From Elusimicrobiota bacterium (GTDB lineage: Bacteria; Elusimicrobiota; Elusimicrobia; UBA1565), in assembly GCA_043819795.1 (NCBI GenBank), contig JBDREN010000241.1:1-17380 (forward strand): DNA of 17,380 nt, given 5' to 3'. Shown piece by piece: positions 1 through 11,709 of this stretch (the first letter of the stretch is position 1; each line of letters begins with the position of its first letter). The notes under the pieces were generated by a model. It did no database searches. It worked only from the letters and a program-made list of their open reading frames with translations, and was not told where the DNA came from. The translations under genes and the position numbers were made by a program.

Positions 1-2232
1 GGCGTCCGGGCAGTTGTCGCAGGCGTCGCCCACCCCGTCGTTGAGGACGCGCGCGGGCTTGATCAGGTTGGTCTCCTGGTTGTTGGCGTGCTGCTCGTAG
101 TAGGCGAACACGGGCGCGTCGCACTCGAGCTTGGCCCCCGCCGCGGCGTAGAGGTAGTTCCCTCCGAAGAGCATGGCGTTCGGGTAGGGGTCGCTCTCGC
201 TTCCGCCGAGCAGGGATTCCTTGACGCTCCCGTCGGCTTCGTAGAGCGTGCAGGAGGTCGCGGGGGTGGGCGCGGCGATGGCGATGTACTGGATGTCCAT
301 CGGGATGCGGTACGCGGCGCTCAGCTCCCCGGCCGGCAGGAACGTGGTCGAATCGGTCCCGTCGGCGTCCGCCAGCTGATGCACGCCGATGGGGTTGTCC
401 GAGACGACATGGGCCGCGCGGCTTTGGCCGTGGGTTCCCTGCCCCCCGGCCCGGTATTGGCCGTCGGGCCCCAGCGCGACGCTCGCGCTCGTCCCGTCGC
501 TGTAGTATATCGTCACGTCGGCCCCGCCGGGCCCGGCCCCGATATCGAGGTTCTGGGAGGGCACGCCGTACCAGTCGGTGCCCGCGGGATGGAAGTTGTA
601 GCCGTCGCTGTTGTCGGTCGCCGAATGGGAGACTAGGATCGGCGCGTCGGAGGCGATCCTCGTCACCCCGGAGTTGGTGATGTCGCGGTCTATGACCCTG
701 GCGGTCCCCGCGGGCACGGATTCGCTCTGGACCAGGACGCCGCCGTCGTAGACGTCGACGTTCGCGTCCTCGAGCGCGTAGACGGAGAATCTATCCACGT
801 TTCTGGACGCCCTGTAGATGAACTCCGTGCCGGCGAACGAGGGGGGCAGGCACGGGGCTCCGCCGTCCGCCACCGTGTCCGCGAAGAACGCCTTGGCCCC
901 CGTGACCGGGGTCCCCAGGGGGGCGGTGAAGGAGCCGATCTCGCCCGCGTCGAGCTCCAGCACGGTGGAGCCGGCGGTGATGGTGTTGCCGTCCTCGTGG
1001 CTGATCACGGCGAAGGCGCCGTTGTTCGCGTTCACCACGTAGCAGATGTGGCTGGCGTGCTCCTCGTCGCTGTCGGTGTCCTCCTGGCCCGCGTTCCGGG
1101 CGTAGGGGCAGTTGTCGTCGATGTCGAGCACGCCGTCCTTGTCCGAGTCGTCGCACGCGTCGCCGATCCCGTCGTCGTCCATGTCCCGCTGGCTCGGATA
1201 GGCCAGCTCGGGGCAGTTGTCGCACGCGTCGCCCAGGGCGTCGCCGTCCGCGTCGGCCTGGTCCGCGTTGGGCGCTCCCGGGCAGTTGTCGCAGATGTCG
1301 CCCAGCGCGTCGCCGTCGCCGTCGGCCAGGCCGGGGTTGGAGGCCAGGGGGCAGTTGTCGCAGGCGTCGCCCGCGCCGTCGCCCGCGTAGGCGCGTCCCG
1401 TCAGTCCGGACGCGTGCCTGGCCTGGATCTCCGCGGGGGCCAGGGCCCGGTCGAAGATCGCGACCTCGTCGATGAGCCCGCTGAAAGGACGCTGCAGGCT
1501 GGGGCCGGGCTGGACGAGCATGCCGATGGTGTGCTGCGGCTGATCCAGGGTCAGGGTCAAGGCCGCGCCGATCAGCTCGGCGACCGGGACGCCGTCCAGA
1601 TAGACCGACGACGTGCCGGTGTCGCCCCTGTTCTCGTAGGTCGCGACGATGTGGTGCCACGCGTTCGGCGATACCACGCCCGGTCCGGTGATCAGATTCA
1701 GGTATCCGTCGGCCATGCCGTCCTTGTGGCGGACGGCGAAGCGGATGGAGCCGTCGTTCCTCAACTCGAAATGATTGTTGGCGTTTCCGCCGGGGGGAGT
1801 CGCTCCGGTCGCGTTCCAGATGCCGTGTGTCGTCGTTATATCATCGCTGTTGATCCAGGCCTCGATGGAGATGGCCGAAAAGTCGGTCGCGGGCGAGAAG
1901 GTGTACGACGGCATGTCCACGTAATCGTCCGCGCCGTCGAACCGCAGCGCGCCGTTGACCTGGCCGGATGCCCAGACCGGGCCGTGGAGGAGAGTCCCGT
2001 GATTGCCGCCCACGGAATCCCCCGCCGTCGTCCCGGAACCCTCGTCGAAGCTCCAATAGGCGACGGCGGCGTCGGTCTCGGCCTGGTCCGGGTTGGCCGC
2101 CGATGGGCAGTTATCGATCGCGTCATCGATCCCGTCGCCGTCCGCGTCCGCGGCGCGGGCGCACGGCGCCAAGGCCAGGCTCAGGCCCAGGGCAGACATC
2201 AGAATGGTGAAAAGGAAGTTTCTCGGCTTCAT
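1..2232 (-). CDS. Secreted modular protein: TSP3-like repeats with inserted LamG and IgGFc-binding-like domains (3' end runs off the window start)
   Basis: Not in the ORF track; hand-translated from ATG at 2232, open to base 1 (744 codons). [27 protein letters not shown] signal peptide, [15 protein letters not shown], LamG ([23 protein letters not shown]...[15 protein letters not shown]), DACDNCP repeats, and a domain with [31 protein letters not shown] motifs (IgGFc-binding-like, tentative). RBS AAGGAGG at 2240-2246. Confidence 0.9.
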   Translation of the reverse strand, partial: MKPRNFLFTILMSALGLSLALAPCARAADADGDGIDDAIDNCPSAANPDQAETDAAVAYWSFDEGSGTTAGDSVGGNHGTLLHGPVWASGQVNGALRFDGADDYVDMPSYTFSPATDFSAISIEAWINSDDITTTHGIWNATGATPPGGNANNHFELRNDGSIRFAVRHKDGMADGYLNLITGPGVVSPNAWHHIVATYENRGDTGTSSVYLDGVPVAELIGAALTLTLDQPQHTIGMLVQPGPSLQRPFSGLIDEVAIFDRALAPAEIQARHASGLTGRAYAGDGAGDACDNCPLASNPGLADGDGDALGDICDNCPGAPNADQADADGDALGDACDNCPELAYPSQRDMDDDGIGDACDDSDKDGVLDIDDNCPYARNAGQEDTDSDEEHASHICYVVNANNGAFAVISHEDGNTITAGSTVLELDAGEIGSFTAPLGTPVTGAKAFFADTVADGGAPCLPPSFAGTEFIYRASRNVDRFSVYALEDANVDVYDGGVLVQSESVPAGTARVIDRDITNSGVTRIASDAPILVSHSATDNSDGYNFHPAGTDWYGVPSQNLDIGAGPGGADVTIYYSDGTSASVALGPDGQYRAGGQGTHGQSRAAHVVSDNPIGVHQLADADGTDSTTFLPAGELSAAYRIPMDIQYIAIAAPTPATSCTLYEADGSVKESLLGGSESDPYPNAMLFGGNYLYAAAGAKLECDAPVFAYYEQHANNQETNLIKPARVLNDGVGDACDNCPDA

Positions 2233-2265
2233 GGTGGGTCCTCCTTGCGGTATCCCGACGACGTT

Positions 2266-2294
2266 AGGGTATCCCGAGTTCCGGGATAAGTCAA
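2266..2294 (-). promoter_or_regulatory. Sigma70-type promoter of the 1..2232 gene
   Basis: Minus strand TTGACT-17 bp-TACCCT; same layout as the promoter at 6616-6644. Confidence 0.65.
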
Positions 2295-2371
2295 CGGCGA
2301 CCGGCTGATTCAAAAAAGCGTCTACAAAACCACGCCAAAATCAGCGGCAGATATCGAGCTGTTCGGCCGAT

Positions 2372-2413
2372 CCCGCCGCTGCGGCGGCGAGTTAGTCAAA
2401 CAACTCAAAGAAC

Positions 2414-2431
<18 letters not shown>
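2372..2431. repeat. Conserved 60-bp structured element, copy A
   Basis: 48/60 ungapped identity to 10461-10520; stem CGCCGC-tgcg-GCGGCG; overlaps the last codons and stop of the 1388-aa gene. Confidence 0.8.
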
Positions 2432-6580
<4,149 letters not shown>

Positions 6581-6615
6581 CGTGCGGTCCTCCTTCGGGG
6601 TCTTCCGACGGACTC

Positions 6616-6644
6616 AGAATAACCCCGGTTCGGATATAAGTCAA
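6616..6644 (-). promoter_or_regulatory. Sigma70-type promoter of the 1388-aa gene
   Basis: Minus strand TTGACT-17 bp-TATTCT. Confidence 0.7.
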
Positions 6645-6711
6645 TGGGGGCGGATAGAGGCGGAAAAACGGTTATAAATAAATCAGAAAATGAGCTGTAC
6701 CCGCCGTTCGC

Positions 6712-6729
6712 TTGTCGCGTTATTCGCGG
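6712..6729 (+). repeat. 18-bp direct repeat, left of the Sel1-caspase gene
   Basis: TTGTCGCGTTATTCGCGG, 17/18 identical to 8848-8865. Confidence 0.7.
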
Positions 6730-6753
6730 TTTGCCGCCGGAGGAGCTCGGCGG

Positions 6754-8811
6754 CTATTCCTTAATAAGGGGGATGGCGGCGCGCTTATTGCCGCCGCGCA
6801 AAGACGGGGTCTGGTCGCGGTTCTGGCGGCGGGCGGCGTCGCGGACCTTGGGCTTCAGGTAGTCGTGGACGTCCGCGAGGTCGAGGCGGCCTTTGCCGCG
6901 GGCCGCTTGGCGCGACATGCCTTCGAGCAGGTAGTAGGTGAAGATGCCGTGGCCCTCGGCCTTTAGGGTGCCGGTGATTTCGTCGCCGGCCGCCGCGGAG
7001 AGGACCGCGAGGCGGGGGTCGTCCGGCGTTTGGTCCGCGGTCTTTAAGACGAGGGGACGGGCCCCGTCGGCCAGGACGGAGCGCCCGCCGGCTCCGGAGA
7101 AGCACGCGTCCAGCGCGACCCAGACGCTCTCGGCGGGCAGGCCGCGCAAGGACGCGTAGAGCTTCGCGACCGGATACGCGGTGCTCTTAAGGAAGCTCGC
7201 GTCGCCGTCCCAGGGGACCAGGTAGGCCTCCCCGGTGCTCGGGTCCGGGGCGCCGTGGCCCGAGAAATAGACGAAGAGCCGGCTTCCTTCGCGGATGTTG
7301 CGCGGCAGCCACTCTTCCACGTACTTGCGCATGCCCGAGATCGTGGCGTCGGCGCCGGTCAACGTCACGATGTTGCGCTCGGGGAAGCCCAGCGCCCGGA
7401 GGTGCTCCTTGACGGCCGCGGCGTCGCGCTCGGCGAACTCGGCGCGGGGGAGGTCCTTGTAGCGGTCCACGCCGATGACCAGGGCGAATAGGTCCGCGTT
7501 CTCGGCGAAGCGGTATGCGGGCTGGTCCACGCCGGAGGAGTAGGTCTTTTCGGGAGCCGCGGCGGGCGCGGGCATAGGGGCGGGGGAGGGCGCTTGAGGC
7601 CGGTCGCCGCGGGCCGCCTTCTGCGCCTCGGCGACCTGCTCTTTGGTCATCTCTTTTCTGAGGCGGTCCATGGCCTGGCGGGCGACATCCAGGTCTTGGG
7701 CCGCCGACACGGCGTACCACTTGTAGGCCTCGACGAAGTCCTGAGCCACGCCCAGGCCCGCCTCGTGCATCTCGCCCAAGTGGAACGCGGCGTGGGTCCG
7801 CTCCCCGGCCGCCACGGCCTTGCGGTACCACTCGAGCGCCGCGGCGTGGTCCTTTTCGGTCCCCAGGCCCTGGTGGAGGAGGTAGCCGACGCCGCTCTGC
7901 GCGAATTGGTTTCCCTGCACGGCGGACTTCATCATCCAGTCGAACGCCAGCTTCCAGTCTTGCTTCACGGCCCAGCCGTTCCAGTACTGCCAGCCCAGCA
8001 TGTGTTGGGCGCCGGGCTCGCCTTGCTCCGCGGCCTTTCGATACCACTTGGCGGACTCGACGTAGTCCTTGGGGACGCCCGTGCCGTTGAAGTGGAGGTT
8101 GCCCAGATTGGTCTGGGCCTGGGGGAGGCCCTTGTTCGCGGCCTTGAGGTACCAGGCGCGCGCCTCGGCGAGGTCTTTCTTCACTCCCCAGCCGTACTCG
8201 TAATGCGCGCCCAGGCCGGCTTCGGCGTGCTCGTTGCCCTGCGCCGCGGACTTCCGGTACCAGGCGACGGCCTTCGCGTAGTCTTTTGGGGCGCCCAAGC
8301 CCTGCTGGTAGAGGTAGCCGACGCCGCCCTGCGCGTACTGATTGCCCTGCTCGGCGGACTTCAGCAGCCAGTCGAACGCCAGCTTCCAGTCCTGCTTCAC
8401 TCCGAAGCCGTTCCAGTACTGGTGGCCCAGCATGTGCTGGGCGCCGGGCTCGCCTTGCTCCGCGGCCTTCCGATACCACTTGGCGGACTCGACGTAGTCC
8501 TTCGGCGCGCCCGTGCCGTTGAAGTGGAGGTTGCCCAGACCGGACTGCGCGTACATGTTGCCCTGCTCGGCGGACTTCATGCGGAGCTCGAAGGCCTTCT
8601 TGAGATCCTTGGGAACGCCCCGGCCATGGAAGTACATCTCGGCCAGGACCTGCTGGGCGTTGGGCTCGCCCTTGCTGGCCTCGGGCCGGACCAGCTCGAG
8701 GGCGCGCGCGTAGTCGCCTTTCTCGTAGGCGGTCCAGGCGTCCGCGGCCGGGTAGGCTTCGGCGCGGACGACGGCGGCGAGGGCCATCGTGATCAGCAGC
8801 AGCGCGCGCAT
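6754..8811 (-). CDS. Secreted Sel1-repeat protein with C-terminal caspase-like (peptidase C14) domain
   Basis: Signal peptide; about 9 36-aa Sel1 repeats (AQxxLGxxYxxGxGVxKDxxxAxxWYxKAAxQG); Pro-rich linker; FALVIGVDRY, YFSGHG (catalytic His), LDACFSG (catalytic Cys), HGIFTYYLL, QTP. Confidence 0.93.
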   Translation of the reverse strand: MRALLLITMALAAVVRAEAYPAADAWTAYEKGDYARALELVRPEASKGEPNAQQVLAEMYFHGRGVPKDLKKAFELRMKSAEQGNMYAQSGLGNLHFNGTGAPKDYVESAKWYRKAAEQGEPGAQHMLGHQYWNGFGVKQDWKLAFDWLLKSAEQGNQYAQGGVGYLYQQGLGAPKDYAKAVAWYRKSAAQGNEHAEAGLGAHYEYGWGVKKDLAEARAWYLKAANKGLPQAQTNLGNLHFNGTGVPKDYVESAKWYRKAAEQGEPGAQHMLGWQYWNGWAVKQDWKLAFDWMMKSAVQGNQFAQSGVGYLLHQGLGTEKDHAAALEWYRKAVAAGERTHAAFHLGEMHEAGLGVAQDFVEAYKWYAVSAAQDLDVARQAMDRLRKEMTKEQVAEAQKAARGDRPQAPSPAPMPAPAAAPEKTYSSGVDQPAYRFAENADLFALVIGVDRYKDLPRAEFAERDAAAVKEHLRALGFPERNIVTLTGADATISGMRKYVEEWLPRNIREGSRLFVYFSGHGAPDPSTGEAYLVPWDGDASFLKSTAYPVAKLYASLRGLPAESVWVALDACFSGAGGRSVLADGARPLVLKTADQTPDDPRLAVLSAAAGDEITGTLKAEGHGIFTYYLLEGMSRQAARGKGRLDLADVHDYLKPKVRDAARRQNRDQTPSLRGGNKRAAIPLIKE

Positions 8812-8817
8812 GATGTA

Positions 8818-8826
8818 ATTTTAGCA
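8818..8826 (-). promoter_or_regulatory. Extended -10 promoter, probably giving a leaderless caspase mRNA
   Basis: TG-C-TAAAAT lies 6 nt before the ATG at 8811; no SD motif. Confidence 0.55.
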
Positions 8827-8847
8827 AAGGGGGGGGCGTTCGTCGCG

Positions 8848-8865
8848 TTGTTGCGTTATTCGCGG
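8848..8865 (+). repeat. 18-bp direct repeat, right of the Sel1-caspase gene
   Basis: TTGTTGCGTTATTCGCGG, 17/18 identical to 6712-6729. Confidence 0.7.
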
Positions 8866-9106
8866 GACGCGGGCGGCGGTATGTCCAGTGAATGCAGAGA
8901 GCCGATGCCGGATATTTCGCTTGGAAGCGGTCGCGAAACGCGACCGCATACTCACAGTCCGCGCTTCCCAGGGGAACCGAGCCTGGGCCTCGGAACGCCG
9001 CCTCTGCTTGCCGGCGATGAAGCGGAGCTTTGGTATCGCGGAACGCGATACCTTCTCGCGGACATAGCAGGGGTATCACTCAGGTGCTTTTTAGTTCATG
9101 AATTAG

Positions 9107-9273
9107 TATACCCTATCGGGGGTACTGCATTATTAATAAATCTCCGCCTAAACCTGTTTTGAATATGTATTGATACGTTACACCCGATGAGGTATACTAA
9201 TTGTGTTATGAAAGAGGTGGCAGGCGCGTCCAGGCAAATACGCCAAAAAATTGGATATACCTGAAGGGGTATA
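9107..9273. promoter_or_regulatory. Three 18-bp palindromic operators, probably bound by the HipB-like HTH protein
   Basis: TATACCCTATCGGGGGTA (9107-9124), TACACCCGATGAGGTATA (9179-9196), TATACCTGAAGGGGTATA (9256-9273); consensus TATACCCGATCGGGTATA. Multiple palindromic operators are typical of hip operons. Confidence 0.75.
9170..9198 (+). promoter_or_regulatory. Sigma70 promoter of the hip operon
   Basis: TTGATA-17 bp-TATACT, overlapped by the second operator. Confidence 0.8.
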
Positions 9274-9277
9274 ATAA

Positions 9278-9493
9278 ATGACAGCCAATAGCCTTTCTGT
9301 CAGAGAATACGTCAAGGCGAAGAGGCGCAAAGCCGGCTTGACCCAGGTCCAAATCGCGGGCAAGGCCGGCGTCGGACTTCGCTTCGTACGGGACCTCGAG
9401 CAGGGCAAGCGGACACTACGCATGGATGTTGTCGACAAGATCCTCTGGCTTTTCGGCTCGCGTCTTGGCCCGGTCGGGTTGCCTAGGGAGTAG
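9278..9493 (+). CDS. hipB: HipB-like XRE/HTH regulator (y4mF-like family)
   Basis: VKAKRRKAGLTQVQIAGKAGVGLRFVRDLEQGKRTLRMDVVDKIL; directly upstream of a HipA-family kinase. Confidence 0.88.
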   Translation: MTANSLSVREYVKAKRRKAGLTQVQIAGKAGVGLRFVRDLEQGKRTLRMDVVDKILWLFGSRLGPVGLPRE

Positions 9494-9522
9494 CGCCATG
9501 GATGGGGAAACCGGGAGGACCG

Positions 9523-10455
9523 ATGAATAGGTGTCTTTGCTGCCAGAAGCGCGTTGATGCCGACGCGCGCCACCACGCGAAGTGCTTGAAAGACCTGTTC
9601 GGCAAGGCGCGCGTGCCCGACATCACTTTCAGCAAGGCGGATATCCAGGCGCGGGCGAGCGGGATCGGCGGACGGATGTCCGCGACGGGCGCCCAGATGA
9701 AGGTCTCCGTCAGGCTCGACGCCAAGGAGTGGGCGCTCGAGGTCGCGGGCGCGGAGGGGACCCATGTCCTGAAGCCCGAGCCCGACGGCTTTCCCGGGCT
9801 GCCGGGCAACGAGAACCTGTGCATGAACATCGCGGCCGGGCTGGGCATGTCCGTCCCGCCGCACGGCCTCTTCCCGATGGCCGACGGGAGGCTGTGCTAT
9901 GTCGTCAAGCGGTTCGACCGGCTCGATGACGGGACAAAGCTCCGCGGGGAGACCATGTACCGGATCCTCGGATCGGAGGACGAGTACAAGGGCTCATTGG
10001 AGCGGGTCGGCCGGGCGATCCGCGGGCGCGCCGCGAACGCCGGCTTGGACTGCGTCGACTTCTTCGAGAGGGTCTTGCTGTGCCACCTGATCGGCGCCGG
10101 GGATATGCATCTCAAGAAATGGGCCTTATTGCGGGATGAGGACGATGAGTGGAGCCTCGCTCCCTGCTACGACCTGGTCTCCTGCGCGCACTACGCGCCG
10201 CAGGAGGAGTCCGCCCTCGCCGTCCGCGGCAGGAAGCAGGGTCTGACGCGAAGCGACTTCAACGCGCTGGCGGAGGACCTGCGGATCGATCCCAAGGCCG
10301 CGGAGAACTCGTTCGCCAAGCTGCGCGGCGCGCAGGACGGCATCGTCGAGCTTGTGCGCGAGTCCGAGATGAGCCCCGAGAGGCGGAAGAATATGGAGGA
10401 GATTATTCTTTCCCGCTACAACCGCCTATTTGGGTTCAGGCTCGCCGTTTTGTGA
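9523..10455 (+). CDS. HipA-C-terminal-domain (HipT-like) Ser/Thr kinase, possibly catalytically impaired
   Basis: MNRCLCC start after GGAGG (preferred over 9502); MSATGAQMK Gly-loop, HVLKP, NENLCM, YVVKRFDR, GAGDMHLKKW, LAPCYDL; lacks HipA N-subdomain 1. Confidence 0.87.
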   Translation: MNRCLCCQKRVDADARHHAKCLKDLFGKARVPDITFSKADIQARASGIGGRMSATGAQMKVSVRLDAKEWALEVAGAEGTHVLKPEPDGFPGLPGNENLCMNIAAGLGMSVPPHGLFPMADGRLCYVVKRFDRLDDGTKLRGETMYRILGSEDEYKGSLERVGRAIRGRAANAGLDCVDFFERVLLCHLIGAGDMHLKKWALLRDEDDEWSLAPCYDLVSCAHYAPQEESALAVRGRKQGLTRSDFNALAEDLRIDPKAAENSFAKLRGAQDGIVELVRESEMSPERRKNMEEIILSRYNRLFGFRLAVL

Positions 10456-10493
10456 CTAAGCCCGTGATTGCGGCCACGAGTTAGTCGCAAAAC
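10447..10493. terminator. Hairpin between convergent genes, possible terminator
   Basis: GTTTTGTGACTAA...TTAGTCGCAAAAC (12/13 inverted match) enclosing CGTG...CACG; contains the kinase stop codon. No classical U-tract follows it. Confidence 0.4.
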
Positions 10494-10520
10494 TCACAAA
10501 ACTCAAAGCCTGACGCCGCT
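10461..10520. repeat. Conserved 60-bp structured element, copy B
   Basis: 48/60 identity to 2372-2431; non-coding, 7 bp after the stop of the 383-aa LRR gene. Confidence 0.8.
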
Positions 10521-10527
10521 AGCACCG

Positions 10528-11679
10528 CTATTCCATCGAGTTGATGGCGAACTCGATGAGCGTGTCCGCCTCCTCGTCGGTGAGCTTCTTGCCGCGCTGG
10601 GCTTCCACCTGGTTGATGAAGGCCTTTAGGACGTTGTCGGCGGCTTTGGGGTTGTCCCGCTCGATCGCCGCCGCGGCGTTCTCTGCCTTGCTGGTGAGCG
10701 GGGACTCCGCGGCCTCGGGCAGGTCCATGGCCTCGATGGTCTCGGCGAGTTCCTCGACCGCGTCCACGCATCCGTCCTGGTCCGCGTCGTTTCCCGAGGC
10801 GTCTACGGCCGGGCAGGCGTCGGCCGTGTCCGGGACCCCGTCGCCGTCGTCGTCGGGGTCGCAGGCGTCGCCCGCTCCGTCGCCGTCGAGGTCTTCCTGG
10901 CCGGGGTTCGCGGCCAGGGGGCAGTTATCCTCCGTATCGGGCACGCCGTCGTCGTCCTCGTCCGGGTCCCCGCAGGGCCCCGGCGGGTAGGGGTTGGGGG
11001 GGTAAAGCAGGTAGATCCCCGGGTTGTTCGCTTCGATCAACGGCAGGTAGGTGGCGTAGGCCTCGCAATCCAGGGGATTGGAGCGCATGACGAGGTCGGT
11101 GAAGGCGCTCAGCCCCGCGAGGGGGGAGATGTCCGAGATCTGGTTGGAGGTGAGGTCCATGACGCGCAGGACGGCCATCCCGCTCAGGGCGGAGATATCG
11201 GCGATCCGGTTGTCCCGCAGGTAGAGCTGGTCGAGGCTCGTCATCCCGGTCAAGGCGGAGATGTCCGAGATGTCGTTGTTGTTGAGGCGCAGGTAGGTGG
11301 GGGTCGTGATCCCCGCCAGCGGCGAGATGTCGGCGATCAGGTTGCCGTCCAGGCGCAGGTACTGGAGGCTCGTCATGCCGGCGAGAGCGGAGATGTCCGC
11401 GATCTGATTGTACTGGAGCTGCAGATGCGTCAGGTTCGTCGCATGCTCGAGCCCCGATAGGGCCGTGATACCTCCATACACGGCGTAGAGGTTCGTCAAG
11501 GAAAGCATGTCCGTGGGTGTGGGATCGGACTTGCCCAGGGCGGCTTCCACGGCCGCCTTCAGGTTGGCGTCCGCGAATTGGACCGGGTCTTCCGCCATAG
11601 CCGGTGGCGCGAGCCACAATAGCCCGGCCAAGGCCAGCGCGCTCACGGCGGACGCTGTTTGGATTTGTTTCGGCTTCAT
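10528..11679 (-). CDS. Secreted internalin-like LRR protein with TSP3-like repeats and FIMAH-like C-terminal domain
   Basis: Signal peptide ending AMA; N-cap FADANLKAAVEAALG; 22-aa LRRs (LxLxxNxIxDISxLxGMTSL); C-cap NPLDCEAY...[40 protein letters not shown]. Confidence 0.92.
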   Translation of the reverse strand: MKPKQIQTASAVSALALAGLLWLAPPAMAEDPVQFADANLKAAVEAALGKSDPTPTDMLSLTNLYAVYGGITALSGLEHATNLTHLQLQYNQIADISALAGMTSLQYLRLDGNLIADISPLAGITTPTYLRLNNNDISDISALTGMTSLDQLYLRDNRIADISALSGMAVLRVMDLTSNQISDISPLAGLSAFTDLVMRSNPLDCEAYATYLPLIEANNPGIYLLYPPNPYPPGPCGDPDEDDDGVPDTEDNCPLAANPGQEDLDGDGAGDACDPDDDGDGVPDTADACPAVDASGNDADQDGCVDAVEELAETIEAMDLPEAAESPLTSKAENAAAAIERDNPKAADNVLKAFINQVEAQRGKKLTDEEADTLIEFAINSME

Positions 11680-11709
11680 GGTCTCATCCTCGCTATATCC
11701 GCGTCGTTC

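Noticed and set aside
2270..2288. E. coli-type HipB site (TATCC-N8-GGATA)
   Set aside because: Spacing is N9, and the local hip operators have a different consensus (TATACC-N6-GGTATA).
10454..10486. Integron attC call for the 60-bp element (GACTAAG...GTTAGTC)
   Set aside because: Too short, lacks a proper RYYYAAC/GTTRRRY pair, copy A has no matching left core, genes have their own promoters and no intI is present. Kept only as an unclassified element.
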